Shown here piece after piece: positions 8,479-17,597 of a stretch of DNA of 25,340 nt. Both the position numbers and the translations under genes were made by a program. Source of the stretch: a virus. Lineage: Duplodnaviria > Heunggongvirae > Uroviricota > Caudoviricetes. Within the stretch, counting starts at the first letter, position 1. Each line of letters opens with the position of its first letter. The notes below the pieces were generated by a model, which was given only the letters and a program-made list of their open reading frames with translations, did not search any database and was not told where the DNA came from. Location of the stretch: IMG/VR virus record IMGVR_UViG_641736116_000024, one strand, 5' to 3'.

Positions 8479-8987
8479 CAGATTTGACTCACGATGCAGC
8501 GCGGCTTGTCCTGGATACGTGCCACCGCCCAGCGCATATCCCGCCACAGTTCATCAATGGTGCTGTCAATGCTGTCGGCCTTCTTGTCGCCCTTGGCACT
8601 GGCATCCACGCCGCGATAACGCTCATAAAGCGATGCGGTCGCCATCGCACACACGGCGCGCTCGTAGTAAAAAACTTTGATGCTTTCACCGTCGATGTCG
8701 TCCGCCGGGACGTCCGCCAGACGCGTAAAACCGGCAGCAATTTTCTGTTCGCGGTACTCGTACAGCTCCGCATTCGTTTCCGCCATGCCTGACTTGATGG
8801 CCTCACGCAGACGGGCGGGGGCGACGGTCTGCTCAAGGCGCATACGTTCCCGGACGCGCTTCGGGTCGATATCGGGAAAAAAGAACGTGTTTTTAATCAC
8901 CGGCTCGTCGCCTGCCGGTTGCGGGATGACCACCGTACCCTCACCGGACACGGGAGCCTCCTTTCGCGGAATAATCAGCGTCATCAT
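8478..8987 (-). CDS. L: Head completion/stabilisation protein gpL
   Basis: Start MMTLIIPRKEAPVSGEG gives 169 aa as in P2 gpL. Start coordinate is derived from the ORF-track frame and may be off by 1-3 nt. Confidence 0.85.
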   Translation of the reverse strand: MMTLIIPRKEAPVSGEGTVVIPQPAGDEPVIKNTFFFPDIDPKRVRERMRLEQTVAPARLREAIKSGMAETNAELYEYREQKIAAGFTRLADVPADDIDGESIKVFYYERAVCAMATASLYERYRGVDASAKGDKKADSIDSTIDELWRDMRWAVARIQDKPRCIVSQI

Positions 8988-9086
8988 GACTACCTCTGAA
9001 AAGTCGGGCGGTGGACGCCGGTGCAGTGTCAGGTGATTCACCCTCACTGACCGGCGTGCCGCCCTGGCGCGGGGCGCATTCGGTTG

Positions 9087-9830
9087 TTAACTGGCTTTCT
9101 TTTTCGGGCGTCCACGTTTTGCCGGTGTCACGCTCCGGGTCTTACGCGGGGCGCGGGTGGCCGCTTTGGGCTGCGGCTCCGGCTTCGGTTTCAGCTCCCG
9201 CTCCAGTCGTTCAATCTCTTTTTTGACGCCTGCCTGACAGTCGAGCTGTGTCGCACGTTGCAGGTGAGCCAGCGCACCGGCGGCATCACCAGCGTCACGC
9301 AGAAACAGACCGGTGATTTTGTGCAGCTTTGCACGCACTTCATCAGGCATGTCTGCCGTGGCGGTCAGTGCAAGGGTCTCCGTCAGCAGGCGGGTATCCA
9401 CAGACTCACCGGCAGCGTGGGCGCGCATGGCCGCGAGCGCCACCTCCTCGGTGAACATATACGGCGGGGTGCGGCGGTGTTTACCCGGCATGGTCAGACC
9501 GTACTTCAGGGCATAACGGGCAATCTCCAGCGCACCGGCAATATCGCCGGTATCCAGACGCCACAGCATGACCGTCATCAGAATGTCATCCTGTGCACCT
9601 TTGCCCTGCTCCAGCACGCCGTTCACCCACGGCAACCAGAACGGCAGCAGTTCGCGTTTTTTCGCGGCCTTCAGCTCTTTTGAATAAATCGCTTTCAGTG
9701 TGCGCTGGTCTGCGGCCAGCTTGACCAGCATCTGCTCATAGACAGTTGCATGTCGCAGCGGGGCGGCGTCCCGCTGCGCGGTCATCGCTGCCGAGACCCG
9801 CATCATGTGGCGCTGTGCGGGACTCGTCAT
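9087..9830 (-). CDS. M: Terminase endonuclease (small) subunit gpM
   Basis: 247 aa with a basic C-terminal tail, P2 gpM length and position. Confidence 0.9.
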   Translation of the reverse strand: MTSPAQRHMMRVSAAMTAQRDAAPLRHATVYEQMLVKLAADQRTLKAIYSKELKAAKKRELLPFWLPWVNGVLEQGKGAQDDILMTVMLWRLDTGDIAGALEIARYALKYGLTMPGKHRRTPPYMFTEEVALAAMRAHAAGESVDTRLLTETLALTATADMPDEVRAKLHKITGLFLRDAGDAAGALAHLQRATQLDCQAGVKKEIERLERELKPKPEPQPKAATRAPRKTRSVTPAKRGRPKKKAS

Positions 9831-9833
9831 CGG

Positions 9834-10907
9834 TTACGCTCCCGGCTCTGCGGTCACTTTAGTCGGTGTGGAGAAGTCACCGACCTTAATTTTTTCCACC
9901 AGACAACCGGCGGCGTAGTCTTCCACCACGTAATCAATGTTCATTGACTCGTAGTTCTCCACGCGGTCGAGTTTCGGGTTTTCCACAATCACGCGGCGAT
10001 GGCTGTCATCCATGTAGTAGATGGACAGGTTTTCCAGCTTCGTGATGAGCATCGCATCCGCCGGGAAGTACGGGACGCGTACCGCCGGCAGGTTACCGAT
10101 GCGTTTCTGGCTGATGATGACGTCAGCGGCCAGCATCTCGCTGTTGTCCTGCTCCCTGTTGACGATGGGAAAATACTTGTCCGCCAGCAGCTGACGCCCC
10201 ACAATCACCACAAGGTCAGGGTCTTCCTGATACCACGGCTCAATCAGGTTGTTGGTCGCATCCATCACCAGTGCATCGAGGCTGGCATAATCACCGCCCT
10301 TACCCACGCGGATGACCTCAGAGGTCGTGTGACCTTCCTCGTCAGTAACCTTGCTCATCACGCGCGCCGGGGCTTCATTGCGGTATTTCTGCAGCCAGCC
10401 GACCGCCACATCCTGCAGCATCTGGTTACTGCTGCGGTCAGAGGTTTCGGCACGCCTCACGCCGTTAAAACCGGCCATGATTAAATCAAGGGACTGGCGT
10501 TTGATAATGGCGTTACGGACACGGAGCTGGAAATCCTGATAACGCGCCCACAGGTCAAGCGTTTTGTAGCGGATATAAAAATCGAAGTTAATCTGGTCGC
10601 ATTCGTACTTGTTTGACGCCAGCTTCGAGAAGTCCTTCGGCTGACGCTCGGTGCCACCGGCGGTGTCTGTGGTGCTGGCGATGGAGCCGGTGACACCAAT
10701 ACCAATTTTTTCCCCTTTCATTTCGCTGACCGGCACAATGTTGATGCGGGTCAGAAAGTCAGAGGACTCCTGCATGGTGTTCATCAGGGTCTGGGTGACC
10801 GACGGTTCAACGGTGAATTTTTTCGACACATCACCGGCGTCGATGCCGTTCAGTTCGGCAACACGGGACAGGTAGGCATTAAATTTAAAGCGGGTTTCCT
10901 GGCGCAT
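9834..10907 (-). CDS. N: Major capsid protein gpN
   Basis: 357 aa, P2 gpN length and position. Confidence 0.95.
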   Translation of the reverse strand: MRQETRFKFNAYLSRVAELNGIDAGDVSKKFTVEPSVTQTLMNTMQESSDFLTRINIVPVSEMKGEKIGIGVTGSIASTTDTAGGTERQPKDFSKLASNKYECDQINFDFYIRYKTLDLWARYQDFQLRVRNAIIKRQSLDLIMAGFNGVRRAETSDRSSNQMLQDVAVGWLQKYRNEAPARVMSKVTDEEGHTTSEVIRVGKGGDYASLDALVMDATNNLIEPWYQEDPDLVVIVGRQLLADKYFPIVNREQDNSEMLAADVIISQKRIGNLPAVRVPYFPADAMLITKLENLSIYYMDDSHRRVIVENPKLDRVENYESMNIDYVVEDYAAGCLVEKIKVGDFSTPTKVTAEPGA

Positions 10908-10965
10908 AGTTTTTCCTGAAATTAAGGGTTAATCGTGAAGGTTTTCCCGGACTGGCTGACGCCGG

Positions 10966-11820
10966 TCAGCAGTTCGTCATCAGGGCGTCACCGCCACCGC
11001 CGGTGGCCTTGCTGCGGCGCTGCTGGGTCAGACTTTCGGTGTGGTCGAGACTGTTTTTCAGGCGGCTGAATGCCTGGCTGGTTTCATCCGCCCTGTCAGT
11101 CACCTCCTGCTTAAGTGCGGAAAAGGCGGTTTCCATCTCAGCGAGTCGCTGCTCAGTGGCGCTCAGCTTTTCCTGCACATGTTCAGCAACAGCGGTCACC
11201 GCTTCATGCACGTCATTCAGACGGGCGTCATCGCTGGCCTGTTTGCGGCCAAAAATGGATTTCACCTTTTCGGTCAGGGCGGTGAACACGGTTTCAGGCA
11301 GGTCTTCAAATTCCAGCTCAACAGGCGTTGCTACTGAAATCAGGTTTTCAGGGCTTAATTTGAAGCGGTTCAGGGGGTTGTGTTTTGCCGTGCGGCAGAA
11401 TTCCAGGTATTCCGTGCCGAGGCTTGCCGGGTCATCGGTGACGGCCAGACCCACCAGATAACATTTGCCGGTGTTGGCAAAGTTCGGCTGAATTTCCATT
11501 GAGGTGTAGACCTTCTGCGCGGCCTTGTTCATCGCGATAAGGTCATCGGTCGGGGTGATTTTCGCAAACAGCGCCCATTTGCCTTTCAGCGCCGAATCGT
11601 CATCAATCTTTTCGGCCTTCAGTTCGGCCACATCGCCATAACGTTTAAAAATACCGTCAGGCAGGATGCCGCGCAGATGTTCCAGGTTAATGCGGCAACC
11701 ATAGACACGCGGGTCAAAGGTTTCGGCCATTTCCTGAATATCCTGCGCACTGATGACACGCCCGTCACAGGTGTCACCCTCAACGCCGATACGAAAGAAT
11801 TTTGAGACTTTTTTTGCCAT
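10966..11820 (-). CDS. O: Capsid scaffolding protein gpO
   Basis: Start MAKKVSKFFRIGVEG gives 284 aa as in P2 gpO; AGGAG-like Shine-Dalgarno upstream. The ORF track extends 22 codons further upstream. Confidence 0.9.
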   Translation of the reverse strand: MAKKVSKFFRIGVEGDTCDGRVISAQDIQEMAETFDPRVYGCRINLEHLRGILPDGIFKRYGDVAELKAEKIDDDSALKGKWALFAKITPTDDLIAMNKAAQKVYTSMEIQPNFANTGKCYLVGLAVTDDPASLGTEYLEFCRTAKHNPLNRFKLSPENLISVATPVELEFEDLPETVFTALTEKVKSIFGRKQASDDARLNDVHEAVTAVAEHVQEKLSATEQRLAEMETAFSALKQEVTDRADETSQAFSRLKNSLDHTESLTQQRRSKATGGGGDALMTNC

Positions 11821-11993
11821 TGTCAGGAGTCCTGAATAGTGATTAGAAGAGTCACATGTCGGCATCAGTTTCCCGACGATGCGCATCCTCCGCCATCAGT
11901 CCCGGATGGCTTATCACTGACACAACAGCACCTTAGCGAATCGCGGGGCGCGACTCAGTAGCCTTGCCGTGTATTCATCACGGCGAGGTATTC
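11821..11993. promoter_or_regulatory. Divergent late promoter region between O and P
   Basis: Intergenic region between divergently transcribed O (minus) and P (plus), as in P2. No clean TGT-N12-ACA activator site was identified by eye. Confidence 0.35.
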
Positions 11994-13766
11994 ATGACCA
12001 TCACCACAGACACCACTCTTTTACACGACCCGCGTCGTCAGGCGGCGCTGCTGTACTGGCAGGGATTTTCCGTGCCGCAGATTGCCGCCATGTTGCAGAT
12101 GAAACGCCCGACGGTGCAGAGCTGGAAACAGCGCGACGGCTGGGACAGCGTTGCCCCCATCAGCCGTGTCGAAATGAGTCTGGAAGCGCGGCTGACCCAG
12201 CTCATCATCAAACCGCAGAAAACCGGCGGTGACTTCAAGGAAATTGACCTGCTCGGACGCCAGATTGAACGACTGGCACGGGTAAACCGCTACAGCCAGA
12301 CCGGCAACGAGGCAGACCTTAATCCGAACATCGCTAACCGCAACAAAGGCGGGCGGCGCAAACCGAAAAAGAATTTTTTCAGTGACGAGGCTATCGAAAA
12401 GCTGGAGCAGATTTTCTTTGAGCAGTCTTTCGAATATCAGTTGCACTGGTATCGCGCCGGGCTTGAGCACCGCATCCGCGATATCCTGAAATCCCGCCAG
12501 ATTGGCGCGACGTTTTATTTTTCCCGCGAGGCGCTGCTGCGCGCCCTGAAAACCGGTCATAACCAGATTTTTCTGTCGGCCAGTAAAACGCAGGCGTATG
12601 TGTTCCGCGAATACATCATCGCCTTTGCCCGGCTGGTTGACGTTGACCTGACCGGTGACCCGATTGTCCTGGGCAATAACAGCGCAAAACTGATTTTTCT
12701 CGGCACCAACTCCAACACCGCGCAGAGCCATAACGGCGACCTGTACGTCGACGAGATTTTCTGGATACCGAATTTTCAGGTACTGCGTAAGGTGGCATCA
12801 GGTATGGCCTCACAGAGTCACCTGCGCTCGACCTATTTCTCCACCCCGTCCACGCTGGCGCACGACGCCTACCCGTTCTGGTCGGGTGAACTGTTCAACC
12901 GGGGACGCGCCAGCGCCGCCGAACGCGTGGAAATCGACGTCAGTCATAACGCTCTTGCCGGTGGGCTTCTCTGTGCGGACGGTCAGTGGCGGCAGATTGT
13001 CACCATTGAGGACGCCCTGAAAGGTGGCTGCACGCTGTTCGACATTGAGCAGCTTAAACGCGAAAACAGCGCCGACGATTTTAAAAACCTGTTCATGTGT
13101 GAATTTGTTGACGACAAGGCGTCGGTGTTCCCGTTCGAGGAGCTGCAACGCTGCATGGTCGACACGCTGGAAGAATGGGAAGACTATGCGCCGTTTGCCG
13201 CGAATCCGTTCGGCTCCCGCCCGGTCTGGATTGGTTACGACCCGTCACACCGTGGCGACAGTGCCGGATGCGTGGTGCTGGCACCGCCGGTGGTGGCCGG
13301 TGGCAAATTCAGAATACTTGAGCGTCACCAGTGGAAAGGCATGGACTTTGCCACCCAGGCTGAATCCATCCGCAAACTCACCGAAAAATACAACGTCGAA
13401 TACATCGGAATTGATGCCACCGGCCTCGGTGTCGGCGTGTTCCTGCTCGTTCGCTCGTTCTATCCCGCCGCACGCGATATCCGCTACACGCCGGAAATGA
13501 AAACCGCAATGGTGCTCAAGGCAAAAGACGTTATTCGCCGTGGCTGTCTGGAATATGACGTCAGCGCCACCGACATCACCAGCTCGTTTATGGCTATCCG
13601 CAAGACCATGACCAGCAGCGGACGCAGCGCCACCTATGAGGCCAGCCGCAGCGAGGAAGCCAGCCACGCCGACCTCGCCTGGGCGACCATGCACGCCCTG
13701 TTAAATGAGCCACTCACCGCCGGTATCAGCACCCCGCTGACATCCACCATTCTGGAGTTTTACTGA
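11994..13766 (+). CDS. P: Terminase ATPase (large) subunit gpP
   Basis: Start MTITTDTTLLHDPRRQAALLYWQGF with GAGGT upstream gives 590 aa; stop overlaps the Q start. Confidence 0.9.
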   Translation: MTITTDTTLLHDPRRQAALLYWQGFSVPQIAAMLQMKRPTVQSWKQRDGWDSVAPISRVEMSLEARLTQLIIKPQKTGGDFKEIDLLGRQIERLARVNRYSQTGNEADLNPNIANRNKGGRRKPKKNFFSDEAIEKLEQIFFEQSFEYQLHWYRAGLEHRIRDILKSRQIGATFYFSREALLRALKTGHNQIFLSASKTQAYVFREYIIAFARLVDVDLTGDPIVLGNNSAKLIFLGTNSNTAQSHNGDLYVDEIFWIPNFQVLRKVASGMASQSHLRSTYFSTPSTLAHDAYPFWSGELFNRGRASAAERVEIDVSHNALAGGLLCADGQWRQIVTIEDALKGGCTLFDIEQLKRENSADDFKNLFMCEFVDDKASVFPFEELQRCMVDTLEEWEDYAPFAANPFGSRPVWIGYDPSHRGDSAGCVVLAPPVVAGGKFRILERHQWKGMDFATQAESIRKLTEKYNVEYIGIDATGLGVGVFLLVRSFYPAARDIRYTPEMKTAMVLKAKDVIRRGCLEYDVSATDITSSFMAIRKTMTSSGRSATYEASRSEEASHADLAWATMHALLNEPLTAGISTPLTSTILEFY

Positions 13767-14800
13767 TGAGCAAGAAAAAAGGGAAAACACCGCAACCTGC
13801 GGCAAAAAAAATGACCGCCAGCGCCCCGAAAATGGAGGCATTCACCTTTGGTGAACCGGTGCCGGTACTCGACCGCCGTGACATTCTGGATTACGTCGAG
13901 TGCATCAGTAACGGCAGATGGTATGAGCCACCGGTCAGCTTTACCGGTCTGGCAAAAAGCCTGCGTGCTGCCGTACATCACAGCTCACCGATTTACGTCA
14001 AACGTAATATTCTGGCTTCAACGTTTATTCCGCACCCGTGGCTTTCCCAGCAGGATTTCAGCCGCTTTGTGCTGGATTTTCTGGTGTTCGGTAATGCGTT
14101 TCTGGAAAAGCGTTACAGCACCACCGGTAAGGTCATCAGACTGGAAACCTCACCGGCAAAATATACCCGCCGTGGCGTGGAGGAGGATGTTTACTGGTGG
14201 GTGCCGTCCTTCAACGAGCCGACAGCCTTCGCGCCCGGCTCCGTGTTTCACCTGCTGGAGCCGGATATTAATCAGGAGCTGTACGGCCTGCCGGAATATC
14301 TCAGCGCCCTTAATTCTGCCTGGCTGAATGAGTCGGCCACGCTGTTCCGCCGCAAGTATTACGAAAACGGCGCTCATGCCGGATATATCATGTACGTCAC
14401 CGATGCCGTGCAGGATCGCAACGATATCGAAATGCTTCGCGAAAACATGGTCAAGTCGAAAGGCCGCAACAACTTTAAAAATCTGTTTCTCTATGCCCCG
14501 CAGGGGAAAGCCGACGGCATTAAAATTATCCCGCTCAGTGAAGTGGCAACGAAGGACGATTTTTTTAATATCAAAAAAGCCAGCGCCGCTGACCTGCTGG
14601 ACGCGCACCGCATCCCCTTTCAGTTGATGGGCGGCAAGCCGGAGAACGTCGGGTCGCTGGGTGATATTGAGAAAGTGGCAAAGGTCTTTGTCCGCAATGA
14701 GCTTATCCCGCTACAGGACAGGATCCGCGAGATAAACGGCTGGCTCGGTCAGGAGGTCATCCGCTTTAAAAACTACTCACTGGACACTGACAACGGCTGA
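13766..14800 (+). CDS. Q: Portal vertex protein gpQ
   Basis: 344 aa, P2 gpQ length and position. Confidence 0.95.
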   Translation: MSKKKGKTPQPAAKKMTASAPKMEAFTFGEPVPVLDRRDILDYVECISNGRWYEPPVSFTGLAKSLRAAVHHSSPIYVKRNILASTFIPHPWLSQQDFSRFVLDFLVFGNAFLEKRYSTTGKVIRLETSPAKYTRRGVEEDVYWWVPSFNEPTAFAPGSVFHLLEPDINQELYGLPEYLSALNSAWLNESATLFRRKYYENGAHAGYIMYVTDAVQDRNDIEMLRENMVKSKGRNNFKNLFLYAPQGKADGIKIIPLSEVATKDDFFNIKKASAADLLDAHRIPFQLMGGKPENVGSLGDIEKVAKVFVRNELIPLQDRIREINGWLGQEVIRFKNYSLDTDNG

Positions 14801-14803
14801 ACA

Positions 14804-14828
14804 TCGCCGCCTGCGGGCGGCTTTTTTA
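14804..14828 (+). terminator. Rho-independent terminator after Q
   Basis: GC stem GCCGCC-TGC-GGGCGGC followed by a run of six T immediately after the Q stop. Confidence 0.6.
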
Positions 14829-14969
14829 CACCCCGTCATCACGCCCTCACACGCTCACCACCGCACAAAACACCCCGCAGACACACCAACGCCTCAACGG
14901 GCAGACTAAGCGCCATCACGACGCGCTCAGACGCTGAAAAAATAAAATCAGCACCACCGCCAGCGCGCA

Positions 14970-14988
14970 GTGCTTTCCCCGCCTCGCC
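14970..14988. other. cos: cos site (19-nt cohesive end sequence)
   Basis: GTGCTTTCCCCGCCTCGCC is the exact reverse complement of the P2 cohesive end GGCGAGGCGGGGAAAGCAC as I recall it; it lies between Q and the cargo region, as in P2. Confidence 0.8.
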
Positions 14989-15117
14989 CGCCCGCTTCAT
15001 GTGGCGATTTTAATGCGGTTGCATTTTTATCGAAAGTCTCGTCTCACAAATCCCTCCCTTCACTAAATAGACTCATTATCCACATGCAATCTAATTCAAA
15101 AAAATGCATGTATAGTA

Positions 15118-17088
15118 TTAAAGGTCATCAATTAAACCTAAAGGCAAACCGTCCTCACCAACCGAGCTATAATGAGCGATAATATTCGAAAGTTCACCAG
15201 TAGAAAACGAATTAGGCAAATCATTATCAACTAATATAATCTGGCACGGAACATTTTTTCTTTCTGCTTTTTGAACTGTATTCAATAGTTGTTCATAAAT
15301 ATTTTGATACTTCATCGGATCTGACATTCCCTCAAGGTCATCCTCGAATGCAAGAGTTTCTTTTGAATATTTTTCCTTGGTCTGTTTCCCTAAATATTTG
15401 CCAACCGTATCAAATATCAAAAGTAAAGGATGGTTAACATTATGATCTATTGCATAATCAAGAATAGACAAAAGATACCCAATAGAAGAAATAGTTCTCA
15501 AACCTCCGGATGTTATTTTAAAATATTCTTTTTCTCTTATAACAGGAATGTAATAGCTTTCAGAGATTTTTATCCCCGTTCTGTTTTTGATATTAATACC
15601 CTTCAAATACTGACTAAATCTATCACCCAAACCTTGTAAAATGCCCTCCATGCTAGGTGCGTTTTTCTTTAACGCCTCCAAGCGTTCAGTTAATGCTTCA
15701 ATATCTTTTCTCAGTACCTGATACTTTTCAAGCAGTTCCTCTTGCTGGTTTCTAACCTTCAAATCTTTTACTAACTGCTCCCTAACCTTCTCATTTTTTG
15801 AGATCTCTTTAATATAAAAATCTCTCTGAGTCAAGAATGGTGTAATCATTGACTGGCTTTCTTCGTCAATCAATTCTCTCAACTCGTCAAGTCGTTCATC
15901 TAATTCCTTTTTATAACCTGATTCTTTTTTTAATTTAAATGACATTTCTGAGATCATGTCATTAATATTTCGTCTACGTCGACTAAGTGAATTCAACTCT
16001 TCATTAAGATCTTTTTCTGATGAAATTTCAAATGGAAAATCAGAATCATCTATTTTAATGTGGCTATCACAGACTGGACAGGAAAATACTTCCTTATCCA
16101 ATACACCAATGCGAGAATTTGCTGTTTTAATCGCTTTGAGTTTTTCAATATCATTATCATAGTCATTTTTTAACCGCGAATATTTATCAATCTTATCCTC
16201 AAGCGCAGTAATATTTAATATGCACTCTTTGTATTTAAGCGAAATAAAATTGTGAGCATCTTTCAATTCTGTATACTGTATGGAATCCGCTTTCATATTT
16301 TTATCGAGAGCAGACAAACCTGCAACAAGTTCTTCTAAAACAAGATCTATCCTATTAATCTCATCATCAATTGATTCAATCGTTTCATAGTCTGTATCGC
16401 GAAGAAATTCAGATATTATCTGATACTTCCTATTTAATTCCGTTACTAAACTACTTTTTGCAGATATTTCACCTTGGAGTCTGGCGATGCTTTCATCCAA
16501 CACATTGAACATGTATTTAAAAACTTCTTTCGTAAATGCGTAGCGGGACCAATCACCCAATCGCAAGAAAGATTTACTACCAATATCATCCTGACTTACA
16601 TAAACAAATTTATATATATTTCTAAAACTTAACCTGCGCATCTGTGAATGAGCTTTAGAAGGAGACACCTTAATTTCAATCTTTGGAAAATTAAGACTAT
16701 CAAGTAAAAACTCCGAAAAAACACCATCAACATTTGATAATGGGCTATAATTAGGAGCGTATTTTTTCGGAAAATGTTTATGTAAATCATCAAACTTACA
16801 ACGATAAACTTCTATTGCTTTTTTATGATCATAGATATCTCTTACGATTGTGAATACAGTATCATTGATCACTACTTCAAGAGCAGCATAGTTTACTGAT
16901 GTTTTTATTTCATCTGCTAAATCTATAGAGCTAGCACCTAAAAGATAATTAATAAACTCCAGAATGCTTGACTTACCTGTGTCAGAGTCTCCGTAGATAA
17001 CATTGAGACCTTTATAAAAAGTAGTGACGTAGTTTTTACGAACGCCAACAAGAATCAAACTATTGATATTGAGATATGATTTCATCAT
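15118..17088 (-). CDS. ABC/SMC-Rad50-like ATPase with central coiled coil and CxxC zinc hook; ATPase component of an ABC-three-component (Lamassu-like) system
   Basis: 656 aa. Walker A GDSDTGKS (aa 33-40); long charged, heptad-rich middle containing CPVCDSH; C-terminal signature-like KITSGGLR; Walker B/D-loop LLLIFDTVG. No TOPRIM or nuclease domain recognised. Start overlaps the upstream stop (ATGA). Confidence 0.75.
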   Translation of the reverse strand: MMKSYLNINSLILVGVRKNYVTTFYKGLNVIYGDSDTGKSSILEFINYLLGASSIDLADEIKTSVNYAALEVVINDTVFTIVRDIYDHKKAIEVYRCKFDDLHKHFPKKYAPNYSPLSNVDGVFSEFLLDSLNFPKIEIKVSPSKAHSQMRRLSFRNIYKFVYVSQDDIGSKSFLRLGDWSRYAFTKEVFKYMFNVLDESIARLQGEISAKSSLVTELNRKYQIISEFLRDTDYETIESIDDEINRIDLVLEELVAGLSALDKNMKADSIQYTELKDAHNFISLKYKECILNITALEDKIDKYSRLKNDYDNDIEKLKAIKTANSRIGVLDKEVFSCPVCDSHIKIDDSDFPFEISSEKDLNEELNSLSRRRRNINDMISEMSFKLKKESGYKKELDERLDELRELIDEESQSMITPFLTQRDFYIKEISKNEKVREQLVKDLKVRNQQEELLEKYQVLRKDIEALTERLEALKKNAPSMEGILQGLGDRFSQYLKGINIKNRTGIKISESYYIPVIREKEYFKITSGGLRTISSIGYLLSILDYAIDHNVNHPLLLIFDTVGKYLGKQTKEKYSKETLAFEDDLEGMSDPMKYQNIYEQLLNTVQKAERKNVPCQIILVDNDLPNSFSTGELSNIIAHYSSVGEDGLPLGLIDDL

Positions 17089-17597
17089 TTCTCCTTGAAG
17101 ACTTGATTTATAACAGAGTTTAACTTAGAGGTAGGCAATGCTTGTAGCGGTAACAATGCTTCGGATAGTCGTTTTATTTCTTTAAAATATCCATCAGTCA
17201 ATGAGCTAGCAAATTCCTTACCTTTTTCAGATAAAAATAATTTAACACTCTCATTATTTTTTTTCTCAGCTGAGAGCAATCCCCGCAATGACATAATTTT
17301 TATAAGATATTTCACTTTGGAATTGTCGAATAAGATATCTACATTTGTTGAAAAACTCTTTATTGTATAAGTTAACTGGGACTCGACACAAGCAGGCTTT
17401 TTCCCCGAAACTGTAAGAGCATAATCAATTTTTGATGGGTTTTTTATCAGATACATAAAAATTTGTATTTTATTAATATCTAATGATAACACTCCTTTTT
17501 TGCTATGAGATAATATAGATATAGCAATGGCAAGCATAGCAAAATTCAAGCTATACTCTTCATCAAGAGGAATATACGGCAAGTTATTTTTCTTCAT
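17085..17597 (-). CDS. Small middle component of the three-gene system (LmuC-like position)
   Basis: 170 aa with no recognisable motifs; AT-rich; translationally coupled on both sides (14-nt and 4-nt overlaps). Confidence 0.5.
   Translation of the reverse strand: MKKNNLPYIPLDEEYSLNFAMLAIAISILSHSKKGVLSLDINKIQIFMYLIKNPSKIDYALTVSGKKPACVESQLTYTIKSFSTNVDILFDNSKVKYLIKIMSLRGLLSAEKKNNESVKLFLSEKGKEFASSLTDGYFKEIKRLSEALLPLQALPTSKLNSVINQVFKEK

Noticed and set aside
11821-11993. Search for the late-promoter activator motif TGT-N12-ACA in the O/P divergent region
   Set aside because: Only partial dyads (for example TCGG…CCGA) were seen by eye; no clean match, so no specific activator site is called.
14970-15182. 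Plus-strand 70-aa ORF spanning cos into the end of the ATPase gene
   Set aside because: It overlaps the cos site and the 3' end of a well-supported gene, with no start context; treated as spurious.
15118-17088. Possibility that the ABC ATPase is a P2 Old homologue, since it sits near where old lies in P2
   Set aside because: Old has a C-terminal TOPRIM nuclease domain and no long coiled coil. This protein instead has a Rad50-like coiled coil with a zinc hook and ends with the ATPase C-lobe.
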